DNA of 64,000 nucleotides, from positions 59,272,001-59,336,000 of the forward strand of contig NC_079165.1 in the NCBI RefSeq assembly GCF_947568905.1. Reading direction: 5' to 3'. How positions within the stretch are numbered: position 1 is the stretch's first letter; the number at the start of each line of letters is the position of its first letter. A program made the translations under genes and the position numbers. Source of the DNA: Ostrea edulis (lineage: Eukaryota). This document shows positions 51,120 through 64,000 of the stretch, piece after piece. The notes beneath the pieces were generated by a model. The model made no database searches. It was not told where the DNA came from and worked only from the letters and a program-made list of their open reading frames with translations.

Positions 51120-52600
51120 GTGTGTCAAATCCGAAATGCTATTATAATTGTTACAGGGAACTTCAATCTACCTGGCTGTAATTTGAAAACAAAAACACTA
51201 AAACAGCACATCCTATATTGGTAACTACTACAAACTCTTAGACATACCAGATGAGAACGGTTTAGTGCAGATAGTTCAGGAAGCGGCAAGAGAAGAGAAC
51301 ACTTTCGATTTGATTATTTTTAACAACCCCTCAAAGATAAATAGAGTGGAAAGGTATATCCAATCCTATTGTATTTGTGGAAATCGATACTGCTACATCA
51401 CACAAACACCTGAATTATCCCCCTTTGTAAGGAGGCCAATTGGAATATATTAAAAGAGGAAATAAAAAATGTAAAATTACCATCAGTGAAATGAACAAAG
51501 CTGAAACTGAAGCAAACGACCTTTGGAATTATTTTAAATTCAGTCTTGAATCTGGTAGCACACAAAGTGTGTAAAACTAATGATAACGCTCCCTGGATAT
51601 CACATTAGATTTGAAAAAGAGGCAGATTATACAAGAGACAAAAAAAAAAATTAGTTACACAACGGACAGCTAAAATTTCAAAGAAATCAAAGAAGCTGTC
51701 CAGAAAGATTTAAGGAGGGCATATTGAAAATGTATAGACAGTATTGTGTCACCACAGGGGGGAGATAACCAGTTCATATATCAAAGAAGAGAACAGATTC
51801 CAATCTGACATCACCGTCCAGAAAGGATGGCTTGTTGCATGCAAATCTGATCGATCAAGCAACCATTCTGAATAAACAGTTCCAATCAGCATTATCATAG
51901 AAATCAAGCCTCAGTATTGAAGAATCCAACGAACAGTATAGCATGAAAGGTGTTTCCCTTTCAGCCGTCCACCTCAGTATTACATATAATGATGTTAGCA
52001 AATTGTTAGAAAAACTCAACCCATACAAAGCCACAGGGCTCGATGGCATCAAGCTTCGAGTTTTGAAGAAATTTGCTGTCGTCTTTGCTCCGAGTTTTAC
52101 TGTCTTAACCATGGACTTCTCTATAGCCTTTGATAATGCTTCCATATTCGACGTGAAATCAGCAACTGCATTCATAGGTTCCTCCTGACAGAATACAAAC
52201 AATCATAGTGAACAGGGAAACATCTAACCAAGTGTGGAGTCTGGAGTGCACCAGTGCTCGTTCCCTAGGTCCTGTCTCTTCTTATGTTACATGACTCGAC
52301 ACAACTGTAGACTAGCGGACTATACTGTTTTTTATCTTACAGATAATTCAGATGCTGACACCGGTACACTTGTCAACATTGGATAGTCTTGAAATTGGGA
52401 GAAGATATGGAAGATGGAGTTTCACCCTGGCAAGTGTAACGTACTCGCCACCAGTAGACGAACTAACATACGCACACTACGTGGACACATGCTGGAATCA
52501 GAAGAAAGCGCAAAGTTCTTAGCTGCCTTCTATCATCTCATTCGAAGTGGAGCGACCATATTACTACCACCTGTGGAAGCTAATGTTGAGGGTTATTTGC
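51120..52600 (+). pseudogene. Degraded CR1-like LINE (APE to RT remnants)
   Basis: APE remnant as at 36500; KLLEKLNPYKATGLDGI; W.MEFHPGKCNVL; many stops and deletions. Confidence 0.7.
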
Positions 52601-54533
52601 AGTAATTCAGATAGTCGTGGGTACAATGAATTACAGTAACCGGAACCAAAATTATGCGACACGGGACACTGACTCGTGTTTCACAACTAGGCATAGTTTT
52701 GCTGTGGATATTTTATAGCAAACATTATTGAACAAGCACCTGCTGATCCTTAAATATATTTATTGAAAGTTAATGCTAGTTTTAACGTAACAAGGGAGTG
52801 CCACGAACGCACACATCTACGTATTTAGGCATATAATTAGCATATGACATAAGTCATAACATTTAGGTAATTAACATACCATAATAATAATTGACCAATA
52901 TCAAAATATTATTTAACTTCATAAAGATTGCATCATACAGTACTAATGATCTGATAATTATTCCACACCCGACAACCTGCAGTGTTAACAATCCTACAAA
53001 ATATTGATATACAAATAGCCATGGCATAAGCATTAGACAGACAGATAGAGCCACACTCGTTGTTATTTGATATTTCAACTTCCTAAAATTCAAAAGCTAG
53101 ACAGAAGAAGTACCTATATCTTAACAACAATGCCTGCTAGAAACCTTCATGATCTTTGAAAATCAATAGGGGCCATTTCCTAGCCGCAACCAAACTTACT
53201 ATGAATGTTGACCTTTAGGAAAATGATTACCCTGTATGCATGCTAGAAACCCCTATAGCCTATGGATAAACTTGTCCTTACCAACCTTCCTATAATTTAA
53301 TGACCATTGGACAAAGGATCTCTAGTCATACTATCTACTAACTGATCTATGACGTAAGCAAAACACCAATGCCTTGATGAAACAGTGCAATAAGGGAGCA
53401 CTTGCTATTCGGACCTTCGTAATGTTGTGTTCATCTACAGGAGTGGTTGCAGTTCTACACACATTCAGAAGTTGTATAATTTTATGAAAACTCATCATGC
53501 AGTGTTAAAAGTATTTTATATGAAATTCAGTTCTATTACAAGATACTTTCTTCACGTACAGCTAAGACCATTTAAAAAAAGGAATTGTGTAAAAACAATT
53601 TTACAAGACAATCTGACATACACACACAAGAACACATTTTATATGAAAAGGTAATTAAAAATTATTTTTACAGCAATTAATAAAAACTTGTTGACCTTCA
53701 TACTATGTACAAAGAACTTACAAGTAACAGATTATTAATAAAATCATTTGCCTCCTTGGCAAAGACAGAGACCATCTTTAACACGTGAAACATCTTTTAC
53801 ACAAATTAAATCAAAATTAGGATTCGACTTCCTCACATTCAAATCACTACAAAAGTGTTTGAAGTAAAACATACATGTATATTTCTTATTAGGAGAAATT
53901 CACCAAGGCAGAAGAATGATAAATCAACATTGATTACAAACACGGTTTCCAATACCCCATTTTTGTTTTTTCTCCGAAGGTGAAGAAATGAAAAGTCGTC
54001 CAACACTGGTTGTGCAAATACTTTGTCAAGAGCTCATAGAAGTAAAAGGAATAGCGCCAAAAGCGGAAGTGCACATTGCAAGACAATTTCTTTAAAATAC
54101 AATCCAAGATTAACGTGATCGTATTCCTAGAATATTATAATCTGATGATCGAATTACAAAATGTTGCGTTAAGCTCAGGACACAAGCAAAATAACAGGCA
54201 ATAAAACAATTCAGCAATATATAATAGTAATTAGTAACTGCCATCAAGATCAAAGGTTATCCCCCCTCCCCTGGAATCTGACTAGCCCAGGAGCAGGATT
54301 ATTGTGCCGTTATTAGGGCAACATTGCTAACTGTTTTGTCGGATATACCTTTGAGAATAGAAGTCTCTATAGAGGCTACAGAATGGACAGAAAGTGTTGG
54401 GGGAGTTGCATGAAGCTGTTGAAGGGCATACACAACGTTTCTGACATTTTCTCTAAAATTATTTTTTTCATCTCCTTGATAGGGAGAGTTCTTGTATGAT
54501 TTCCGAAATCCATCACCTCACTAGAAATACAAG

Positions 54534-54638
54534 GGGCGCGTTTTACAAAAGAACTTACGACCAATTTTACATACTGGAATTTTCCAGTTTATTGTAAGAT
54601 CATTCACTTTGTCGAAAGTTGTTTTGTAAAATGGGCCC
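54534..54638. mobile_element. Tiny Harbinger-type MITE
   Basis: Imperfect TIRs gggcgcgttttacaaaagaacttacgac / gtcgaaagttgttttgtaaaatgggccc; flanks AAG / CAG. Confidence 0.55.
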
Positions 54639-57600
54639 CAGGTTTCCGGGTTTGATACCCGATTGTGCCAAAGATTTTTCTCTCCTTCTTTGCTATGTAC
54701 AGCAATATATTATTTATACAACATACTGTAATACACAAGAACCAACATTACATTTTTACTTGTAACAACCAGGTACTATAGAACATGCTAACTCTACAAC
54801 AGACTTGGTAATATAACCCACATCTTATATAGAAATGAGATAGAATGCAAGTGAATTGTATGTCAAGTTTGCTTGAAACTGACATGGTGGTCCTCGCACG
54901 TTTATGTTGAAAACGATGGTCTCCCACGACTTGACTGTCTATCTTTGATTCAACATACATATGTATATTATCACATTGACAGCTTAATCAATGACATCCA
55001 TATAATAAGGAAAGAATATCGCATTATTCAAGGTATTGCACCTACAGAAATAACAAGAAATGGTTTACTACTCTAAACGAGTCCAATAGAATGCAATCTT
55101 ATCTAAACAAGCTACATCATTACTTTTTAATCTTTCATATTTTAGATCTGTATTTTTGTTCTTGTCATTTTCTTTGCATCTGACATAACATGCACAGTTT
55201 TACAATCTACATGTGCATATTTTGCTTCATGTACACTGTAAATTATTCTAAAACAATCAACACCAAATGATTACATGTACATCAAACCTTTGTACATTGA
55301 TCTTGAACTTATCTGCATACAACTTTGGAAGAATATTTGGTAAATTTTATTATTTTTTCCTGACATTTGTTCAGCTAAAATACTTTTGATATGATAGATA
55401 CTCTCTCTCTCTCTCTCTCTCTCTCTCATTCCAATAACATTAAGGACATTAAAATCATACTACATGGTAACTACATGATATGCCAATTAAAATACATCTA
55501 CAATGGATTTTTCACATGTGGAGTGTACAATGAAAGACCTGATAAAACCTATAACCCCTTCATCTCTATTATCTCATTAGTATCAGTCTAAATGAACCGA
55601 TGGATGACACAAGACATTAACCAAATGATGTAACAAAAAATGTTTCTATCAAAGATGAGGGGTCAAGAATATAAAAAAAGTTGAATTGATTCATCTTGCA
55701 ACAGAAATTCTTATAGTTCATCATATTCAAGGTGATTTAATACAGTTTGAAAGTCACCGTTCATAGAGTTGGCAATAATCAATACATTCACAAATACTGT
55801 CTTAAATTATAATATGAATGTACAGACTTCAAATAAAGGGAGAGGGCAATATAAGTTTTTATAATTTGTGTTCCAATCCCTTTGTAAACAATGTAATAAA
55901 TTATAATCAAACCAGACTTCTAAGTGCATATACTCCATTTTTAATAATTATAATTTCAAAGTAAGGAAATTATTCAAATAAATAAAACAAAAACAGAAAA
56001 TTCAATAAAAATTTCACATTTCTCCACGACACTTAGTCAATATTATCCACTGAATGTAAATTAAAGTTCACTGGGCTCAGCACAGGGATCTTACCAATTA
56101 CACAAGTAATTCAAATCTACTAGGGGAAATTACTGCTTTGGATAGGACAAAACCAAAATGTAAAATCATTATCATAAGCAGAATCTTGAAAATAACAGCT
56201 ATCACACAGTTAATCATAACTGAAGACACTGTTAAAAGCTTTACAGTAAAACTAGCATTTATGAAAACCATTTGAAATCTGTATAATATACCAAGTTACT
56301 CTTCATACACTATTAACATCTTGATTGTTCATACATGTATTACAGTAAAACAAGGTTACAGCAAACATGCTTATAATGAATTCACACTTAAAGCTAAGTG
56401 ACTTTCATTCCCTGTAGTTTTAAAACATATTACGAACTGATTGGATATAACAAATTGCACATATAATGAATCAAATTTGTTTGACCCCATCCCTTCGCTA
56501 TAAGCGTGTTTTACTGTATTTTATAGGCACTTCAGATAAACACTGTTTCTTATAAAACTTATCACAACTTTTACATTAATTCCCCACAATGACAGATAAT
56601 GGTAAAATGTGTCAAAAAATTATTTGCACACAAATTGAATGCTGTTTTAGTTTGATCTTAATTTACAAACATTATCAAATATGTACTTTTAATAATGTAA
56701 TCAAACTTCTATCCCCAACAAAAGTTAAAATAAGTATATCAATATGTTTGTAACTTGTATTCATACTTCAGAAGACTATACTTTGATACTTCTTGGCACA
56801 TAGTGTATGTACATGTATATGTATGTACATGAATCTGCAGCTTCGAATAATTAAATTAATTTTCTCTGTGTTTTCTATTTTTAACTACAATTTATTAATA
56901 TCATGCTACGAATAATTCAACACTTTTTAAACTACATGTTAACTGAAATTACGTAAAGAAACTAAAATGGAAACGAATGTTGACGCAAGACTACAGTTCA
57001 TTAACAGTTTACCATTAACACATCCTTTACTAACGTCAAATCAAAGTTACAAGAATATATAAACAGGATGTACTCTTGGGAGTTGAACTTCTTCAAACAT
57101 TCAAAGTAAAAATTAATTACTGTATATATCAAAGTACTTCTGCTGTTTTGGTTTTTTTTCCAACACAAAAAGATTAATATTGATTTATTTTCACTCAATC
57201 TGCACTGACAGTTAATATTGGTTCAAAAAGAAAAAAAATTAATTTTGATTTATTTTCACTCAATCTGCAGTTAATGTTGGTTCAATGAATTTATATATTT
57301 ATCTATATACAGAGACTAAGGATTAAAGGTATGTCATGGAGTATGTCTTGACCTTCAACCCCTATAATCATCAATAAAGTCTTAAAAACAGTGCCATGTG
57401 TGCCATGCTCATTTATAGATATTTAAGGAAAAACTCGTGTGAAATCATGTATCTTTTCCTATCATTTTGTAAAATGTACACATCTGTTTATATAGCACCG
57501 ATAATTTAAAATAAATTCTCTTTTCTTTTAAATTTTAGCTTTTGGATATAGAATTATATTGATTAGAGAATGTTTACTGTAACATATAAAGTGAGGATGT

Positions 57601-57885
57601 GAAAGGGGCCCACATCGAAGTTCATTACATTATATTCATGTGCACGATGCACTAAGGAAATTGAAAATAGTTCAACTCCTAAAAAGATAACCTGACTATT
57701 CTGTACATTTCCTCTTTTATAAGGGATATTTAACTTGTTTTTAGTGATTCATGTACACACTGTACAAGGCAATTCAAAATCAAGACAGACAAATGGAAGC
57801 TTAAACATAAAGTACCACAGATAGACAAAATTACACCAACAATACATATAAACAGAAGAGAAACACAGAACAAACACTACAGAAT

Positions 57886-58444
57886 TTAGACGCCATCGCT
57901 GGACTGTTTTTGTGGTATACTGGAACCTGAGGATACTTTCCTGTCTTTCTGCACAGGACAAACCTGTCCTCTACTAAACTCTAATAACGGACAAGTCCTT
58001 CTCTTGCAAAATACAGAACTACTTTGCATTGTGTCTATATGTTGTGAGGATATTGAGGGTGAAGTTCCCTCCTGCACATCTTTTTGTCCTGAGATAATTA
58101 TATTGTCATTTTCTATATCAAGAAGTCCTGAAAGTTTTAAAATCTTATGCCCAGCATCATGGTTAATATATCCTTGAAATACTGCTGCCTCTAACATTCT
58201 TGCCAGCGCTATCAAATATTCCTCCTGATTCTCAAGTGAAAGGAAATTTGTCTTTTGACGTAATATTTCCACAATGTTAACATATAATGTATTTATTTCT
58301 GGTTTTCTGTTCTCTGTGATTTGGAATAGATGAAATCGCATATCGACAGTTTTATCTTCATTGCGATTTATCTTTAAAATGTTATCTCCTGTTAGTGTTG
58401 TGGCAAAAATGGATAAAAACACTGGTCCATACTGAGTGCTGCAG
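57886..58444 (-). CDS. EDEM3: EDEM3-like protein, terminal coding exon (lineage-specific C-terminal extension)
   Basis: Acceptor tttcag at 58445; open 186 codons to stop at 57886; phase matches the upstream exon; identity inferred from the spliced PA-domain exon. Confidence 0.65.
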
Positions 58445-58794
58445 CTGAAATATACATAGAGATTTTAATGTAATACCTGATACAATTATGATTATCACAT
58501 CAAAATCAAATAGGACAAACAAAACACTCCTCAGGAAATATTTAGATTTCCAATCTTTGTGCCTTTGATATCATTCTTTACAAATTTTAATGATGGGCAT
58601 TTCCTCATGAACATGCTGCAGTTGTAAGCAATGTGTGTATGAATACAAAACTACTTGACAAATATAGTATGTCTATTTTTATGGCTGGAAATTTTGGCAG
58701 AAAAGAAAGTAGAATGTGAATATACAAAATATCAGTTTGACTATGGACTGTGATGCTTCACGCCAGCATACTTTTCATGAGGTTAACATCTGGT

Positions 58795-59810
58795 ATGGAA
58801 CATGTCCGACAGCATTTGACCTAAGATCATTTTAACAACTCAACTATAGAATTTGCAAAGTACTGACTTTAAAGGAAACAAGAGGTACTGTGAGCAATGC
58901 TCACTAAGAATACCCCCCGCTTACCCCAATCTCCCAAAGGGTGTTGGTAATAGGTATAAACTACCTCTTTTCTGAGTGTAAAAAACAAATGGCATGACAA
59001 ACCGAACCATATTGCTACTTCGATGTCCAGTGAGTGTGACCTTTGACCTTTTGACCCCAAAATCGATAGGGAACATCTTCATCCCATGGGTAGTCCATAT
59101 GTATGATATGGTGACGGTAGGTGGAAAGGATAACGCTTTAGAGCCCGGAAACCATATTGCTACTTCGATGTCCAGTGCGCTTGACCTTTGACCTTTTGAC
59201 CCCAAAATCAATAGGGAACATCTTCATCCCATGGGTAGTCCATATATATGATATGGTGACGGTAGGTGGAAAGGATAACGCTTTAGAGCCCGGAAACCAT
59301 ATTGCTACTTCGATGTCCAGTGCGCTTGACCTTTGACCTTTTAACCCCAAAATCGATAGGGAACATCTTCATCCCATGGGTAGTCCATATATATGATATG
59401 GTGACGGTAGGTGGAAAGGATAATGCTTTAGAGCCCGGAAACCATTGTGTCTACAGACGGACGGACGGACGGACATACGGACAACCCGATTCCAGTATAC
59501 CCCCCCACAACTTGTTGCGGGGGGTATAACTATTGAAACCCCTGTACCATCAACTTAATTGTCAGTATCCTGCCTCGGTATATAAATTAATCTATAGGCA
59601 GAACATGCTCTTGAGTATCAAATAGGTTTTGAGACATAAACACCATGCAGGTGAAAATGGAATATTGCTACATGAATATGGAAAGTTAACGATGAAGAAG
59701 CTGAATTCATCCTATTTGTCATATAGTGGTGTGGTTAATTTGCCATTAACATCTATGATCAATAAAATATTAAAATAGGAAGCAGATAAATGTACATATA
59801 TGTTCCTAAA
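58795..59810 (-). mobile_element. Diverged Naiad fragment split by the HINE at 58877-59529
   Basis: gacagcatttgacc...gactttaaagga|actattgaaacccctgtacc rejoins the family sequence. Confidence 0.7.
58877..59529 (-). mobile_element. Complete HINE with three 145-bp central repeats
   Basis: Minus strand: ttatacccccgcaacaag..., GTCC microsatellite, repeats at 59007/59152/59297/59442, 3' palindrome gtgagcattgctcac and cctcttgtt; inserted at TT. Confidence 0.92.
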
Positions 59811-61039
59811 TTGGATGTTTGGGAATAAAAATATTTCTGTTTTATGAAAAACTGAAGATAATTAAGAAAACAAAAAGTGAGGATCTCACAAATACTAAAA
59901 AGAATACAAAATTCAAAGTACAGCGAACATGTACCCCTAGCCACATCAGAGGTGGGTGCCTAGGAGATAAATAAAGATTTCATTGTGATTTTCAGTAATG
60001 TGTGAAAAAATTCAAAGTAGTTAATCAAATGATCTTATATGTCATGTGTAAAGTTTTCACTGAAATGGTCTAATATCCATCCATTTCTACTTTCAAGTAT
60101 CCAAGAAGTCACCTGTGTTCGATAAATCAATGAGTAGTCGAGTACTGACTATCACTCGATCATTGACCCAATATTTCATAGTCAAGTTTTTGTTAAAAAT
60201 TCAAAACACTTCTTGTGATTAAAAATCATGTATGGGTAAAGTCAAACTTGTTTAATTCATGCATATGTAAATAAATCATATCTCCGAAATCCACTGTTTG
60301 GACATACTTGAAAAGATCTCGTGATGGAAATATGGTGAAATGCACATTACGTGAAACTGAACTTGTATGCTATTGAGGGACAATAAACATATAGTACATC
60401 GTAAATGTGGACATACATTGGAAAGACCTTATAAATAGGTTTGTTTCTTTTTATGCCTAAGTGCATTTTAATAGTACAACATTTCATTATCAAAATAAAA
60501 ATTACCGCTTATCTACTTCTCTGTCACGAGTCAGGGATTCAGTTGGAACTAAGCCATAGGTGATAGATTAATTATGGGTATATTGTATTACGTGGCTTCG
60601 TGAAAAGTCACACTCTCAAAGTTGAGTTAATTTCCTTGAAGAAAAAATGCACAGGGCTCCCCTAAATTTTCTCAGAAACAGCATGCCCTAGTTTATTTCG
60701 CATAAAAGATATAATGAAATGAAATGAAAAGTCATAAACATAAATAACAATTTAAAATGATTTCTGTCTTATATTGATGTACTGTTGATGTACTTTTCAT
60801 GCTAGCGTACTTGAATACAAATTAACCCAAGCTTGTCTGTTGTAATATTGTATTACATTGTTCTACCTATGTTTAATTAATACAAAGTCTTTAATTCAGT
60901 TGAACAAATTTCTAAACGGCTATCCAGATAAACATTCTTTCATCCTGTGAACCTGGCTATTCATGTGAGCTGAGGTGAGACTGATGACTTAGGTACACTT
61001 GTACCCTGTTATTTTGTTGTTTATTTCTTTTTATCGAGT

Positions 61040-61108
61040 ACTCGACTAGCGCTCAATTAAAGCCTCTGAGTATTCGACTAAGCTACCCGAGTAAAATTTA
61101 CATCCCTA
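61040..61108. mobile_element. hAT-like MITE end (TAGGGATGT terminus with ACTCGA subterminal motifs)
   Basis: acatcccta at 61100-61108; similar motifs at 60120-60170; opposite terminus not found. Confidence 0.35.
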
Positions 61109-61253
61109 ATTTAAACTGCATTTGGGTTTAAATTTGATGTTTGAAGCGATATGTACATTGTTTGAATTCAATAATTACTTCAGTTTGAGATAAGAGGTCC
61201 TAAAAAGTACATTTACCTGTAGGTATCTGTGGATTCCTAAATAGTACATTTAC

Positions 61254-61464
61254 CTGTATGTATCTGTGGATTTTCCAAGAGATTCTAAGGCCTCCACAGA
61301 CTGCATCTGCTTTGCTGCCTGAACATTTGGATCTACGAATTCCTCACTTTGTGAATTCTCCAGATGATGGGACTGTGAAGTGGGCGGAGCTTGCACTTGC
61401 TCTGTGGACTGGGTTTGTGTATTCACTTGTTCTTGATTCTCTTTAACCACTGTATTTAAAACCA
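61254..61464 (-). CDS. EDEM3: EDEM3-like internal exon (low-complexity Q/E/S/T-rich linker)
   Basis: Acceptor cttacag and donor CAG|GTAAAT; 211 nt open; phases fit both neighbouring exons. Confidence 0.7.
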
Positions 61465-62052
61465 CTGTAAGATAAACATTCAGTATAAATAATATTTAAA
61501 GAATATTTTTTCTTTTATTCATTCTTAAGCTTGGTTTTCTTAAAAGCTATGAGTTTTAGAGCTTAATTCACATAAATTTCTAGCAACTATCAAGTTGAGA
61601 CATACTTTCTTTTCACGGTGACGAATCATGTGACTTCGGCATGACCTATTACCCGTAAAAATGACGTTGAAAGTCAACACAAGGGAAAATTCAAATGCGT
61701 AAGTAACACTTTTATCAATAACAAATTGTCACATTAACTTATATCAACATTTAAAGAATTTTTTCCAGAATATTAAACTATATTAATTAATGGTAGTTCT
61801 ACGTGCAATAGGAGCAGAGAACATTGACACAGTTTTTGGGCAGTCTGAAAGTTTTGACTGAAAACAAAAAACTGTGTCAATATTCTTTGCTTCTGTCACA
61901 CATATCAAGGGTAGCCTTGGCACAGGGATTGGGAATTTCACAAATTTTATAAACTGCTTCACAATTTACAAGTGTAATCTGAACCATTAAGTTATGTTAT
62001 AACTCAATAACATACTTTGCTATTGAATTTATTCCCTTTCGTAAATGCATCC

Positions 62053-63370
62053 CACTACAGTTAGCCCTGACACATCTCACTACAGTTAGCCCTGACACAT
62101 CTCACTACAGTTAGCCCTGACACATCTCACTACAGTTAGCCCTGACACATCTCACTACAGTTAGCCCTGATACATCTCACTATAGTTAGCCCTGACACAT
62201 CTCACTACAGTTAGACACATCTCACTACAGTTAGACACATCTCACTACAGTTAGCCCTGACACATCTCACTACAGTTAGCCCTGACACATCTCACTACAG
62301 TTAGCCCTGACACATCCCACTACAGTTAGCCCTGACACATCTCACTACAGTTAGACACATCTCACTACAGTTAGCTCTGACACATCTCACTACAGTTAGC
62401 CCTGACATATCTCACTACAGTTACCCCTGACACATCTCACTACAGTTAGCCCTGACACATCTCACTACAGTTAGCCCTGGCACATCCCACTACAGTTAGC
62501 CCTGATACATCTCACTACAGTTAGCCCTGACACATCTCACTACAGTTAGACACATCTCACTACAGTTAGCCCTGACACATCCCACTCCAGTTAGCCCTGA
62601 CACATCCCACTACAGTTAGCCCTGGCATATCCCACTACAGTTAGCCCTGACACATCTCACTCCAGTTAGCCCTGACACATCTCACTCCAGTTAGCCTTGA
62701 CATATCTCACTACAGTTAGACACATCTCACTACAGTTAGCCCTGACACATCTCACTACAGTTAGCCCTGACACATCTCACTACAGTTAACCCTGACACAT
62801 CTCACTACAGTTAGCCCTGACACATCTCACTACAGATTGCCCTGACACATCTCACTACAGATTGCCCTGATACATCTCACTACAGTTAGCCCTGACACAT
62901 CTCACTACAGTTAACCCTGACACATCTCACTACAGTTAGACACATCTCACTACAGTTAGCCCTGACACATCTCACTACAGTTAGCCCTGACACATCTCAC
63001 TACAGTTAGACACATCTCACTACAGTTAGCCCTGACACATCTCACTACAGTTAACCCTGACACATCTCACTACAGTTAGACACATCTCACTACAGTTAGA
63101 CACATCTCACTACAGTTAGCCCTGACACATCTCACTACAGTTAGCCCTGACACATCTCACTACAGTTAGACACATCTCACTACAGTTAGACACATCTCAC
63201 TACAGTTAGCCCTGACACATCTCACTACAGTTAGCCCTGACACATCCCACTACAGTTAGCCCTGGCACATCTCACTACAGTTAGCCCTGACACATCTCAC
63301 TACAGATTGCCCTGATACATCTCACTACAGTTAGCCCTGACACATCTCACTACAGTTAGCCCTGACACAT
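62053..63370. repeat. Intronic 25-bp minisatellite (CACTACAGTTAGCCCTGACACATCT) with a recurrent 20-bp deletion variant, about 54 units
   Basis: Direct reading. Confidence 0.97.
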
Positions 63371-63630
63371 GTCTAGTTTTTTTATGATGATACCACTATC
63401 CTATATTGTGAATTCATTAATTCTTTTGGGAATAAAATTTTGTGGTGTTGCTGACAAATACAATTTTATTGGTATGTCAAATCATTAAAAAGCACATCCC
63501 CTACTTTCCACTTACACAAATATCATGATTTTATAATTGTCTAGCTACAGAATAAAAACAAGAAAATTGGTGTTCAATGAATAAATTAAAACTACATTTG
63601 TAAATCACCACAAAATCATTATCAACTTGC

Positions 63631-63810
63631 CATCGCTTTTGGGTTTGTAGGTCAACAGAACCTGTAGATCTGGATATTCATAAGCAGCATCCAACAGGTG
63701 TTGTCCCTCCTTAAAGAACAAGAAGACCAGGGGAATTGTGACATCACTCTGTCCATCTCCGGACATCGCAAACAGAAGACTGCTCTCCACAGTACTCTCT
63801 TTATTGCTAT
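63631..63810 (-). CDS. EDEM3: EDEM3-like exon encoding the end of the protease-associated (PA) domain
   Basis: LFAMSGDGQSDVTIPLVFLFFKEGQHLLDAAYEYPDLQVLL resembles human EDEM3 LFQMAGDG...[30 protein letters not shown] as recalled; acceptor ttttgcag; G|GCAAGT donor. Confidence 0.8.
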
Positions 63811-64000
63811 CTGCAAAATTCAATGTTTTCCAGAAAAGTCACAATCATGCAATTCAAATCAGCATTATTCACTATTTTGGTTGAGGGCTACATGCTCTTC
63901 ATAACCATGCATAAAGTATTTATGTCCTTTTTGAACTAATACCCCCTGCAGGGCATACTATATAATGGATAAAAACAGACTTCCTCAGATCAAACCAGAA

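Larger units (their letters stand above)
49638..54075 (+). repeat. Old direct duplication, copy 2 (partner 34335-38190)
   Basis: See copy 1; this copy has an extra Naiad fragment and ~1.25 kb more CR1-like sequence. Confidence 0.85.

Noticed and set aside
28854-63370. CRISPR-like arrays (the 25-42 bp repeats)
   Set aside because: Units are head-to-tail with no unique spacers, there are no cas genes, and the context is eukaryotic; these are minisatellites

Overview
AT-rich, repeat-dense eukaryotic DNA, most likely an oyster (Ostreidae), judged from a ~166-bp HindIII/Cg170-type satellite carried in Helentron-derived HINEs and from bivalve-type SINEs. Two host genes converge. On the + strand is an intronless-CDS class A peptide GPCR of the sex peptide/MIP (Wamide) receptor family (30801-31937), with a candidate TATA+Inr promoter near 25.9 kb. 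On the - strand are the last three coding exons of an EDEM3-like gene (63810-57886). The rest is mostly transposons. There is a near-full-length but broken Penelope-like element with permuted domains (N-terminal GIY-YIG, CxC linker, C-terminal RT; Naiad type, 40.7-45.0 kb) plus about eight 3' fragments of that family. There are ten related SINEs with two different heads on one body, several HINEs, and an internally deleted Harbinger that keeps its Myb/SANT gene. A foldback-like DNA element holds a twin-primed Tx1/L1 LINE inserted in a (CCTA)n tract. Also present are RTE, CR1-like and MULE relics, an old ~4-kb direct duplication and five minisatellites. The leading candidates for something new are the structured non-tRNA 5' head of one SINE type (possible ribozyme or RTE-derived element), the rearranged Naiad, and the (CCTA)n-associated Tx1. 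All calls were made by eye with no database search; family names come from recalled motifs.
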